A stretch of DNA of 64,000 bases from Naegleria gruberi. Lineage: Eukaryota. Within the stretch, counting starts at the first letter, position 1. Each line of letters opens with the position of its first letter. The translations under genes and the position numbers were made by a program. Under the pieces are notes generated by a model, which saw nothing but the letters and a program-made list of their open reading frames with translations, searched no databases and was not told where the DNA came from. The stretch lies in NCBI GenBank assembly GCA_000004985.1, contig GG738888.1. The stretch is one strand, 5' to 3'. Of the stretch, positions 34,285 to 44,802 are shown piece by piece.

Positions 34285-36342
34285 TTAATGATGATTTCCC
34301 ATTGTTAATGAATAATTCTTATTGAGTATCTTATTTGTGGTTGTATACATTTCAAAGCTTACCAAAGGGGAAGTAATGAATGGCAATAGATTCCTTCCTG
34401 CCTCTCCCTTCTCCAACACTTTAAATCTCAAATTTTCCATGGCTAGACTTGCCAAAAATGGTTCATTGGTGTTAAATTTTCCCAATCTCAATGTCATGTA
34501 AATGCATTTCATGTTATATCGACAAGATTCCAATAAAAATTCTTCATCTATGAATGGTGCTTTTGCTGCAAGTCCCAATACATTCACGTTAATGTCATGC
34601 AGTTTCAATGTTTCTCTTACAATGTCCTTATCCAATTTGTCAGGACAATCAGGGAGAGTATATCCATCGTATTTGACAACTTGTAACATGAAGCTTTTAT
34701 CAGCTTTCAATTCATCAGCAAGATAGTAGAAACAAAAATGTTTCGTTTTGGAAATTAGTTTGAGCATGAATTCCTTGTCTTTTGCTAGGTGTTTGAATTT
34801 TCTCGACTGTAATAAACTAGGTTGCTTTCTAATCATTAACTCAATGACATCAGGATCATCACTTAAACTACTATACTTGTCTAGGACAGAAATGGAATTA
34901 CTGGCTGCTAGTAAAATTAAATCTCTTTCGTTTTTCAAACCTTTGGACGCGTGGAAAATGGATTGACCATCTTGTTGAACTGCAATTGAAACTACCTCTC
35001 TGTCATTCTTGAGTTCAGCAGAAACATGTTTGAGAATTTCAGGATTGAATTTTAAGGCTTTCATTACAAAAGTTTTGTCAGATTTCAATTCTGAAGTTTT
35101 GATAATGTCAGCACTTTCTCTGATAGCTTGAATCATGATATCTTGATCAGTTTTCAATTCGTTTCGTATGAGAGAGAAAACCTTATTTGGTTTGACAATT
35201 TTTAACAATCTCAAAACGAAACTCTTATTCTGTTTCAACTCGTGTGGAATCTTGTCGAGCATTTTAGGAAATCTAGAAATGGCAGCAATGGAAACATCAT
35301 GATCTCTCTTCACTTCTTCAAAGGCCAATTCATAGGTATTATTGGAGGGATCACATTGTTGAATGGCATCCAGGAAGAACCTCTTATTCTTTTTCAAATC
35401 ATCAGTTAAATATTTGAGAATTGTTGTCTTTTTCTCTGAAATGAGATATTGTAAAATGACTCTTCCATCAGTTTTGAATTTTTCAGGAACCTTTAAATGT
35501 AAATTATTGAGATTATATGCATTTCTGGTAAATTCCAAATCATTTTGCATTGTTTCCTCTATTATTGTTGAATATGGACAGCATCCATGTTTAAATCCTT
35601 CTAATATAATGTAGGGATCCTTCTTTAATTCTGGAGATAATCTATTGAATAGATCTTTTGCACTTTCCAAATTAGGAGACCTCTTTCCCATAATTTTAAA
35701 AGTAAAAAGTGCAAATTCTCTATCATTAAAGAACTGAGATGGTATATGTATGAAAAGTTCAGGTAAATGAGATGAACGTTCGACTGCTTGATAAATTACA
35801 TCTCTATCATTTCTAAAAGTATCAGAAACTGACTCATAGATACAAACATTATTTCGAATACTATCCAAAATGAACTGTTTCTCCTTTAGAAAATGGTCTG
35901 GAATTCCAGCAAATAATTTTCCAAAACGCAACAAATGCAAAACCACATCCCTATCATTCTTCAACTCATCTGACAAGTACGGAAAACACTGTTCATGATG
36001 CACATTAGCAAGTACCAACTCCTTATTTGCTCTCCATTCCAGTGGTACTTTCGATATTGTTAAATCTCCCATGACCAAAGGTATTTTACAACCCCAATAT
36101 TTTCTTCCCTTATTACGTCTGACTAGAATGTTGATGAGATGAGTGTCTTTCAAAATGACATGTCCAAAATGTTCAATCATGATTGAATACTCTTCCGAGC
36201 TGAATGTTTTAAATAGAAAGGAATCGAATTGAAATTTAGTTTTTAACAAATGGGAAGATGGTGTAGAGTCGAGTAGAATTTTCACACAAGCACCGGGAAG
36301 TGAATTTTCAAGTTTTGGCAGCATTATCAAGAGTTGACTCAT
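34285..36342 (-). CDS. DUF4116-type repeat protein (685 aa, >15 tandem KxDR[ED]vvLxAv units)
   Basis: Single ORF with ATG at 36342; repeats such as LKNDRDVVLHLL, FRNDRDVIYQAV, LKTDQDIMIQAI, LKNDREVVSIAVQQDGQS, LKNERDLILLAAS. Confidence 0.55.
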   Translation of the reverse strand: MSQLLIMLPKLENSLPGACVKILLDSTPSSHLLKTKFQFDSFLFKTFSSEEYSIMIEHFGHVILKDTHLINILVRRNKGRKYWGCKIPLVMGDLTISKVPLEWRANKELVLANVHHEQCFPYLSDELKNDRDVVLHLLRFGKLFAGIPDHFLKEKQFILDSIRNNVCIYESVSDTFRNDRDVIYQAVERSSHLPELFIHIPSQFFNDREFALFTFKIMGKRSPNLESAKDLFNRLSPELKKDPYIILEGFKHGCCPYSTIIEETMQNDLEFTRNAYNLNNLHLKVPEKFKTDGRVILQYLISEKKTTILKYLTDDLKKNKRFFLDAIQQCDPSNNTYELAFEEVKRDHDVSIAAISRFPKMLDKIPHELKQNKSFVLRLLKIVKPNKVFSLIRNELKTDQDIMIQAIRESADIIKTSELKSDKTFVMKALKFNPEILKHVSAELKNDREVVSIAVQQDGQSIFHASKGLKNERDLILLAASNSISVLDKYSSLSDDPDVIELMIRKQPSLLQSRKFKHLAKDKEFMLKLISKTKHFCFYYLADELKADKSFMLQVVKYDGYTLPDCPDKLDKDIVRETLKLHDINVNVLGLAAKAPFIDEEFLLESCRYNMKCIYMTLRLGKFNTNEPFLASLAMENLRFKVLEKGEAGRNLLPFITSPLVSFEMYTTTNKILNKNYSLTMGNHH

Positions 36343-36633
36343 CAGCAGCCAAGCTTCTTTTCATTTTTTTTCTAATATTTTCCAACGAAATTCACTAGAA
36401 CTTGAAAATGTATACAGATAAATGGCGGGAAACTTAAACCACAAACAAATTGAAATTCCTCACCGGACAATTTTAATGTGCTTTTATCCTCATTTAACCT
36501 CCCTCAATTTCTCAACTTTAAAAAAAAATACATCCAACTAACAACCACGAAATCTTTGCCAATTTTTTAAAGAAAACGTGATTCGGAAGTTATTAGATTT
36601 ACCTATTGCGATCATCAATATTAATATTAAAAA

Positions 36634-37463
36634 ATGGATTTTCAAAAGGCTGCAACCAAGTTGAAGGAACGAGGCAATGAACACTTTAAAAAGAATGAAT
36701 TATCGGAGGCTATTAAATGTTATCAACAAGCCTTTGAACATGATGAAGATGCCTTCTTTAAAACAAACTTGGCTCTTTGTTATATTAAATTAAAACAATA
36801 TGAGAAGGCTACGGAGGAGTGTAAATCTGCAATCAAGTTGAATCCAAAGTTTGTAAAGGCTTATTTCTTGTTGGGAGAATGTCATTTGAATTGTTTGAAT
36901 TATGAGCAAGCTGAGAGTGCTTATTTGAAAGCTGAAGTATTGGCTAAGGAATTACATAATACATCCAAATCTATATTGCTGAATATTTATAAAGGAGTCG
37001 ATAGATCGAGAGCAAGGAGATATGAGAAACAAGAACAGGAGAGACAATCAGTAGTTGCAGAATTGAAAAAGTATGTCGAAAAGACGATGGACAATTATGA
37101 AAATATGGAATGGTCAAATCATCAACTGAAAGAGAAGAGTTTAATCTGAAAAAGTTTCAATTAGAGTCCTTCTTTGAACAGAATTTGCATCCACACAAGG
37201 AAACTGAAGTCCCAGATGTTTTGTGTTGTAAAATAACCTATACTATTATGAGAGATCCTGTCATTACAACATCAGGTATAACTTATGAACGATCTGCCAT
37301 TGAGAAACATTTACGAGAGAATGGAACGTTCGATCCTGTAACTAGACAACCTTGTACAATATCACAACTTTATCCAAATTTAGCTGTTAAAGAAATGGTG
37401 GAATCTTGGATTGAGAAACATCCTTACACAATAACAGAAGATCACTACTATATAATGGATTAA
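36634..37463 (+). CDS. CHIP/STUB1-like E3 ubiquitin ligase (3 TPR + coiled coil + U-box), frame interrupted
   Basis: ORF 36634..37149 has TPR repeats (KERGNEHFKKNELSEAIKCYQQA...). ORF 37110..37463 has the U-box (PDVLCCKITYTIMRDPVITTSGITYERSAIEKHL...DPVTRQPC), very close to metazoan CHIP. Adding one A to the A3 run at 37129-37131 fuses them (~276 aa). Only a 26-nt non-canonical GT..AG is available as an intron. Confidence 0.65.
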
Positions 37464-37492
37464 AAAAGTATTTATATATTATCAGCTAATAA

Positions 37493-40400
37493 CTATTGAC
37501 CTTCAATAATGAGTCTCGATTTTAGAGAGCTCAAAATGGTGCTTATTATGGTAAATGATGGACGTTGTTTTGGATCAGAATTCCAACATTGTGTCATTAA
37601 CTTGATGAACTCTCCAACAATATTTCTAAATCTTTCCTTGCATTGGTCTCGATCGAGTGGAACATCACTACTAGAAAAATCATACTCTTGCACATAGGAG
37701 CTCAAATAGGAATCCATTTCTGTATCATTGCTGAAGGGAATAACTGGTCGTTCTCCTTTTAGAACTCTTGGTAGCACTGTGAAGGGAGAAACTTCATTCT
37801 GTCTCGCTTGTGTAATCTTGGTGTTTTTTGTGTGAATGTATGGATTCTCCTCAAAGAATAATTCATACATGATGATCGCAAAACTGAAAACATCAATGGA
37901 TGGAGCTAGGGTGGAACTTGTATGAGATAGTTCAGAATCTAAAAGTTCTGGAGCTATATAGAATAAAGTGCCCATTCCTGTTGTGGTGTTTGTTTGGTTA
38001 TTACCATTCATTAGTCTACTCAATCCAAAATCGCAAACTTTTGCAGTATTATTCGAATCTAGAAGAATGTTTCCAGGTTTTAAATCTCTGTGAATAATTG
38101 GTGGTTTCAGACTGTGCAAATATTCCATTCCACATGCAACATCAATCAGAAGTGATAATTTAGAAATCAAGTCTAGAGAAATCTCACCCTTCCTACATTG
38201 ACTTATTAAATTCTCAATACTTCCCTTCTCCAAATACTCAACCACAAGATAGTGTTTTTTCGGAGTGATTGAAATTCCATAAAACATTAAAACGTTTGGA
38301 TGACGTAATTTGCACAATAGAGATGCCTCCTTTTCAATGTCATCTCTCAATGCATAATTTTCCACATCAACTCTTAAACATTTGATTGCAACAGTATTGT
38401 GATCCCAACGACCTTTAAAAACTACTCCAGATCCACCCTCTCCAATCTTCTTTTCTATAAACAGCTTATCCAATGTAATTATAAAAACAGCACCACTCTT
38501 TGAAGAACTATCATCACTATTTCTGAGATCTTCCTGTGCATCCACAATGTCATTTTCCAATAATCTCTTTTCAATGTCCTTTTCAGCACGTTCTCTACCC
38601 CTCCAATATCGAATAATTTTAGCTAATTTGTAAACTCCATATCCAACACCTGATAATATAATTAGCAAGCTACAAAATGCGAAAAAGGAAGCTACCACAG
38701 CAACGATAATGATGGACTCATAATTTGGCTTGACCTTACAGATAAATGATGATTCTGAACCATAAGTTGCTGGTGTTGATTCATAATCAACTGGACAAGG
38801 TATAATCTCCAATGGAATATCACTATTCGCATGAAAGAATGAGAGTGTGAGAGATGCCTTAATTGGTTGTGTGAATTGCCTCTCAGAAACTGTAATGAAA
38901 ATTCCCTCCACCACTTCAGAAACTCGTGTCTGTTTGGGAATGGTTGCAGTGATCGAGTCAGTACTCACTGAATTAGAATACACTTCCCACATGTACTCTA
39001 CTGAATTTCCAAAAGTGTCCTTGGATGTCGGTTTCAATGTAAATCTCTGTCCTGGAAAGAGAGTTACCACTCCATTCATTGGTTCAAAATCTCCACTCAA
39101 TTTTCCATTAATTTCTTTAGAGACTTGCCAAGTGATTTGTCTAATTGAGGATCCTATATTTCCACCATAGTTTAGAGCACTATTTCCAGTAAAGTTGCTC
39201 TGCAGAAATTCTTTCTTGACAATTTTGTGGAAGAAAATTCCTCCACCAGAGTAGTCAGCTTGATTATCCGAAATTTCCACATCTTCCCAAAGGCAAGCTA
39301 GAGTATCATATTTCAGGTTGAATGAAATTGCTCCTCCTCTCAATGCTCTGTTCATATGGAATTTGGAGGAATAAATTGCAAACTTGGTATGGAAACCTGT
39401 TCCCGTAAAACTCAAAGCACCTCCATTTCCAAGACATTTCGTTGAGGAGCACATTAAACTGGATGTGATGTTTTCAGTGAGTACTGAATTATTTACAAAG
39501 AGTGTTTCATAGGATGAGAAATTGCCTGAACAGAGTATAGCACCACCACTATTTTTTGCTGTATTTGATCGAAATACTGATTCTCCAATTGCTATATTCG
39601 AATCTATTCCACTAATGGCTCCTCCTCCTGCTGATGAATAATTTTCAATAAACTCTGAAAGGAATACGATGATATCACTCCCATAGGATGAGAGAGCTCC
39701 ACCAGTCTTACCATTTCTGTTTCTAATAAATTTCGAGGAGGTAACCAGAGTTTTGTGAGAGGAAAGTGAGCTGGACAATATAGCTCCTCCCAAGACAGAT
39801 ACGTTATCTGTGAAAGTAGATTCGACAATATAGGTTGCTACTACATTGCTCAACAGTAAAACTCCAGTAGAACCTCTATTATGGGCAAATATGCATCTTC
39901 TCACAATGACATTCCTCGAATTTCTAACAGTGACAATGCTTCCCTCTGTATTTTGACTTCCAACGAATTGACAATCTTGAAATTGGACCTCAATTGATTC
40001 TCCAATTGTTATAATATTTCCATTTGATTTGCCAAATATTGTGTGAGAAATTCTGACAACATTCGAGAAGAGAATATTCAAACTTCCATCATTAATTGTA
40101 CTCGTTTTCGTATTAACCAAGCAACCAATCATCACAATCTCCTTAACTTCCTCTATAAATACCAATTTGTCAATATTTATAGTCCCATTGAGGAACCACA
40201 TATTTGTGGCAGCCAATGTGAACTGATCTAGAAAGAAAGACAACTCAGACTCTGTAAATATCGAAATCTCTTCATATTTAAACTCAACTACAGGTCTCGA
40301 ATCATCAAAATCATATCTAACCTTCTTAAATAATGAAAGATGAGCGTCAGTTTCAAATTGTCCACTAATTTTCGAATTTTGCACAATGACATAATTTCCA

Positions 40401-41134
40401 AGAAATTTCCCACCTTTTAGTGTGCAATTTTCAATAAATGCATTTCGATTCTGTTGTAATATTTGCAAATTGAAACCCTTGAATATTGTAACTGCCTTAT
40501 CAAAGGTTTCTCCATAATCAATAAAATATGATTCACAATTAATTGTGGAATTGATCTTGCTTTCCAATTCGATGAATAGTTTGATATCACGCAATAAATT
40601 ATTTGTGGTTAATTCTTGAATTTTCAAATTGTTTTGACAATTATTCGAAACTATATCCGATTCCACATTAATTTTCATGTAAATGATGGCACCGGGACGT
40701 TCCACAGATGGAACATTTCCTATTTGATATTCAATTTCATTCGTAAAATAATTAATTAATTCCTTCATTGATGAAAAACTAATTGTTGAATTTAAAGTGG
40801 ACGAAACATTCGAAAAGGTATATTCGAAATCCAAAGATAAACAATTTACACTAAAAATTGATTCCTCCCGTTGTGTTTTACAAATTTCGTATTCCATCAC
40901 TTTCGAATATTGTGCCATATTTAATAATCTCGTAACCTCTACTTCTGCATTCGAATAGCCTTTATCCGCCGATAGAAATGAAGGTAGTTTATAATTGGTA
41001 TCAAATGGTGAAATGTAATCGGAAAGAGAATAATTAGAAATTGAAATTATATTCGAAGGTCCAATAACCACTAAAAGAAGCAAAATAAACACACTAGAAG
41101 GTGTCAGTGTTTCGTTTCTGTATATTGTAGTCAT
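37493..41134 (-). CDS. receptor-like protein kinase with Pmp-type (FxxN / GGA[ILV]) parallel beta-helix ectodomain, TM helix, TKL kinase domain; single exon
   Basis: 1213-aa ORF; signal peptide; at least 7 tandem units with FxxN followed by GGAI/GGAL; TM IIIVAVVASFFAFCSLLIILSGVGYGVY; kinase motifs VAIKC, HRDLKPGNILLD, CDFGLSR, FYIAPE. Kinase domain paralogous to 19331..23826 (YLHSLKPPIIHRDLKPGN in both). Confidence 0.7.
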   Translation of the reverse strand: MTTIYRNETLTPSSVFILLLLVVIGPSNIISISNYSLSDYISPFDTNYKLPSFLSADKGYSNAEVEVTRLLNMAQYSKVMEYEICKTQREESIFSVNCLSLDFEYTFSNVSSTLNSTISFSSMKELINYFTNEIEYQIGNVPSVERPGAIIYMKINVESDIVSNNCQNNLKIQELTTNNLLRDIKLFIELESKINSTINCESYFIDYGETFDKAVTIFKGFNLQILQQNRNAFIENCTLKGGKFLGNYVIVQNSKISGQFETDAHLSLFKKVRYDFDDSRPVVEFKYEEISIFTESELSFFLDQFTLAATNMWFLNGTINIDKLVFIEEVKEIVMIGCLVNTKTSTINDGSLNILFSNVVRISHTIFGKSNGNIITIGESIEVQFQDCQFVGSQNTEGSIVTVRNSRNVIVRRCIFAHNRGSTGVLLLSNVVATYIVESTFTDNVSVLGGAILSSSLSSHKTLVTSSKFIRNRNGKTGGALSSYGSDIIVFLSEFIENYSSAGGGAISGIDSNIAIGESVFRSNTAKNSGGAILCSGNFSSYETLFVNNSVLTENITSSLMCSSTKCLGNGGALSFTGTGFHTKFAIYSSKFHMNRALRGGAISFNLKYDTLACLWEDVEISDNQADYSGGGIFFHKIVKKEFLQSNFTGNSALNYGGNIGSSIRQITWQVSKEINGKLSGDFEPMNGVVTLFPGQRFTLKPTSKDTFGNSVEYMWEVYSNSVSTDSITATIPKQTRVSEVVEGIFITVSERQFTQPIKASLTLSFFHANSDIPLEIIPCPVDYESTPATYGSESSFICKVKPNYESIIIVAVVASFFAFCSLLIILSGVGYGVYKLAKIIRYWRGRERAEKDIEKRLLENDIVDAQEDLRNSDDSSSKSGAVFIITLDKLFIEKKIGEGGSGVVFKGRWDHNTVAIKCLRVDVENYALRDDIEKEASLLCKLRHPNVLMFYGISITPKKHYLVVEYLEKGSIENLISQCRKGEISLDLISKLSLLIDVACGMEYLHSLKPPIIHRDLKPGNILLDSNNTAKVCDFGLSRLMNGNNQTNTTTGMGTLFYIAPELLDSELSHTSSTLAPSIDVFSFAIIMYELFFEENPYIHTKNTKITQARQNEVSPFTVLPRVLKGERPVIPFSNDTEMDSYLSSYVQEYDFSSSDVPLDRDQCKERFRNIVGEFIKLMTQCWNSDPKQRPSFTIISTILSSLKSRLIIEGQ

Positions 41135-41252
41135 GATGACGGTATTTTTTTAGTCTATTCCTCTTCAAATGTCTGTTGATATTGGTATTTAATGACAGGT
41201 GTTGTGAGCTTTCTAATATTTTGCTATGATTTTTAATTATTAAAAAATTTAT

Positions 41253-44200
41253 TTACAATTTGAAGGCAGCAGTCATGATGGATTCAATTTCCTTCAAATG
41301 GTCATACTTCAAACCAGTAGCTGGAGCAGAGGCAGCATTTCTACCAATATATTTGATAAGGTTATATCTGTTATCACCGTGGACAACAGTATTGATTGCC
41401 TTATTAAGTCTTGGAGCAACATAGGTCTTTGAAGAATATTAATAAAAACAAAATACTATGGAAATTATATACTTACATAGGCACCCATGTTTTCATGTTC
41501 TTCTTGAATCCAAGTCCAGTTAACAGTCTTCATCCATTCCTTGTCCCATTTGTCCATAACTTGATATAATTGTTCGAATGGGAATGGACTCAATTGTTCC
41601 AATCTGATAATCATAACTTCATTTTCCATATTCTTCTTGGCTCTTTCTTCAAACAAGTCATAGTAAATCTTACCACTACAGAAAAGAACCTTCTTAACCT
41701 TTGTGATATTAGCATGTTTGTAATCATCAGTCAAAACTCTTTGGAAGATGGTTCCTTCATCGAATTCAGACAAATTGCTGACACATTCCTTCTTCTTCAA
41801 GAGAGTCTTTGGTGAGAAGACAACGAGTGGTTTTCTGAACTTTCTCTTCATTTGTCTTCTGAGAACGTGGAAGTAATTAGCAGGTGTAGTACAATTGACA
41901 ACACACATATTAACTCTCTTTTGAACAAGTTCGTCAGTGTTAATATCACTGTCACATAATTGGAGGAATCTTTCAATTCTACCACTTGAATGTTCTGGAC
42001 CAGCTCCATCATAACCATGTGGTAAGAGAAGAGTCATACCACTGCATAAACACCATTTGTCTTCACCAGAATTGATGAAAGTATCAATGATGATTTGAGC
42101 ACCATTAAAAAAGTCACCAAATTGCATTTCATTGACAGAGAAATTGTTTGGATTATCAATAGTATAACCATATTCAAAGCCCATAACAGCAAATTCAGAA
42201 AGTGGAGATTGAGCCAATTCAAATCTTCCTCTAGCACCTGGAATGGCATCCAAAAGTGGGAGAACTCTCTTTTCTGATTCTTGATCTACAAATTCCAAGT
42301 GTCTTTGATTGAAAGTACCTCTGATAACATCTTGACCACTCAATCTGACAGTATAACCTTCATCCAAGAGGGAACCAAAGGCCATAACTTCAGCAGTTGC
42401 CCAATCAACATTAACATCCTTATTATCCTTTTGGAGAGCTTGTAATCTTGAACCAATGTGATGCTTTTCCAAATGCTTGTGAACATTAAATCCTTCAGGA
42501 ATCTTGACACTGAAAATGGCAATTTCCTTCAGTCTATCAATATTGTAACCAGTCATTGGAAGAGAAAGCTTTGAAAAGTCAGAAGCTTGAATAATATTAT
42601 GCCAATCTCCGAGGAAATAACGCTTTTCTGGCTTGTATCCTTCAACTGCCTTGAATTCAGCATCCAAATATTGATTACATTTATCCTTGATTTGTTGAAC
42701 TTCTTCAGTAGTGACAATATTCTTACCAATCAAATCTTCAGTGTAGGTAGCTGGGAATGTTGGCTTCTTTCTAATAACTTGGTACATCTTTGGTTGAGTG
42801 AATGCAGGTTCATCCAATTCATTGTGACCATGTCTTCTATAACCAACCAATTCAACAATAATATCCTTAGCGAACTTATTTCTGTATTTAGCAGAAATGC
42901 TCATAACCTTCTTAACAGCTTCAACATCTTCAGCATTGACAGCAAGAATTGGACAACCAACCATTTTACCAACATCTCCTGAATATCTTGTACTTCTGGA
43001 AAGAGTTGGAGAGGTTGTGAAACCAATTTGATTGTTCAAAATAATGTGAATAGTACCACCAGTTCTGAAAAGTGGCAATCTAGATAAGGTAAATGTTTCA
43101 GCAACGATACCTTGACCAGCAAATGAAGCATCACCATGCATTAAGATACAAGCAGCATTAGAACCATGACTTTGCTTGGCACGAGTCTTACCAAGAGCAA
43201 CAGGATTGATAGCTTCAAGGTGAGATGGATTATTCAAGAGATGGAGTTGCACCTTCTTATTATGATAATCAAGTTCAGTACTAACACCAAGGTGAGACAA
43301 GACATCACCAGTGGCAACCAATTCCTCAGGGAATTCACTATATCCCTTAACCTTATGGAAGAGAGCTCTAGTTGGGAAATTCAATAAACCAGTCAAGAGA
43401 TTTAATCTACCTCTGTGTGGCATACCCAAAATAATATCGGAAATATCACTATTGGCCAATTCTTCAAAAACAACATCCATAGCATAAATCATTGATTCAC
43501 AACCTTCCAAACCATATCTCTTAACAGATGGGAACTTTTTAGCCATGAAATGATCAAAAGCTTCACTTTCAACCATTAAAGACATGGCTCTCTTTTGTTC
43601 TTCATTGGTCATGTGATCGGCTTGCAATGATTCCAATTGTTTAGATAACCACATTTGTTCCTTTGTAGTTTCCAAGTGAGAGAATTGAGCAGCAATATTT
43701 CCACAATAAACATCTCTCAAGTGATCAACAATTTCAGGAATGGTTGCTTGTTTCTTTGGTATGGTCTTTTCACCAATATGAACAATACCATCAATATCAA
43801 CTGGTGTAGTTCCCAATGATTCTATATCCTTTAAATGATAAACTCCGGGATTTAATTCAATAGTTGTTCCTCTTTTTTGTTATCAGTATGATGATGATGA
43901 TGATTTTTAATATTAAATAATAATAATAATATTAAACAATAGTAATATTATTGTAAATATTAATATTTTGATCAAAATAATTGTCATCAAATATGATTAA
44001 ATAATATCAAAACAACCTACTTTTTAGGAACATTCAATCCGAGAGGATCAATATTAGCTTCCAAATGTCCATAATTTCTATAGGCTCTCACCATTGAATG
44101 AACTCTACACAACAATTCATCCTTACTCACAGCAGAGGAGGAAGCATAACATCTCATGGCAGTTGCAATAAATTCCTGTTGGAGAAGTTGATGAGAAGTT

Positions 44201-44301
44201 GAGTGTTGGAAAGTAGAAGAGGAGGAAAACTTCAAGCCGCTACCTGTTGTTGCTTGCTTAACAGCTTTCGAGGTGGTGCTGCGGGCAGCGTGTCTGTACA
44301 T
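41253..44301 (-). CDS. OGDH: 2-oxoglutarate dehydrogenase E1 component (OGDH/SucA), mitochondrial, 3 exons
   Basis: join(44301..44021,43871..41477,41426..41253), minus strand. Exon1 has presequence and RAYRNYGHLEANIDPLGL. Intron1 44020..43872 (GTAGGT..AAAG, 149 nt, phase 2). Exon2 aligns to OGDH throughout (MPHRGRLNLL, HGDASFAGQGIV, RRHGHNELDEP, CVVNCTTPANYFHVLRRQ). Intron2 41476..41427 (GTAAGT..AAAG, 50 nt, phase 0). Exon3 TYVAPRLNKAI...GRNAASAPATG...AAFKL*. About 950 aa. Confidence 0.8.
41427..41476 (-). other. spliceosomal intron (50 nt, GTAAGT...AAAG) in OGDH
   Basis: Joins ...HENMGAY to TYVAPRLNKAI..., matching OGDH C-terminus; phase 0. Confidence 0.75.
43872..44020 (-). other. spliceosomal intron (149 nt, GTAGGT...AAAG) in OGDH
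   Basis: Joins presequence exon (..GLNVPK) to K|GTTIELNPGVYHL; phase 2; contains AAT/ATT-rich low complexity. Confidence 0.65.
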
Positions 44302-44802
44302 TTTTTTTCTTGTTGTGTGCTGGATAATTATCTCAACGATCTCGTTGTGTGAGCGGAGATGTTTTGTTCGGACCTTGAGTTTACAAAATAATTGTCATGA
44401 GCATAAAAAGTATTCACAGTGAATGTGTAACGGTAAAGTGAAAGGTCCTTTTTTAAAGTTGAGGATATCGGAGCAAAATATTTTACTGTGTTGTTAAAAA
44501 GTTGTTGAATCCTCAAGTCGGGTAAGTTTGTGATGAGAAGAAAATTTTAATGGCAAGGTTGAGTATGTACCAATTCAATCAATTTCATGTGGGTGCTAAT
44601 CTTCAATGCACTCCATCAAGAAAGTATCCTCTTCTCAAATTGCTTGTGGTTTAGGGAAGGGAGTATTTCAACTTGATCTGCAGGATATTGTTATACCATT
44701 CGACGTATAGAGAAATGCAATATGTTCCTTTGGTGAGTCTTCTTCTAACATTATTGATTTCATTCTTTAATTTAGCATTGTATATTAAGGAATAAATATA
44801 TC

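Noticed and set aside
37118-37143. 26-nt GTTTAATC...AATTAG as an intron joining the two CHIP ORFs
   Set aside because: Phase-compatible, but far shorter than all verified introns (at least 40 nt) and with a non-consensus donor. A single A-run indel explains the shift equally well and matches the window-wide pattern.
43905-43940. AAT/ATT-rich microsatellite-like tract and the ATGATGATGATGATG run at ~43888-43902
   Set aside because: They lie inside the 149-nt OGDH intron; ordinary low-complexity intronic sequence, not a distinct repeat element.
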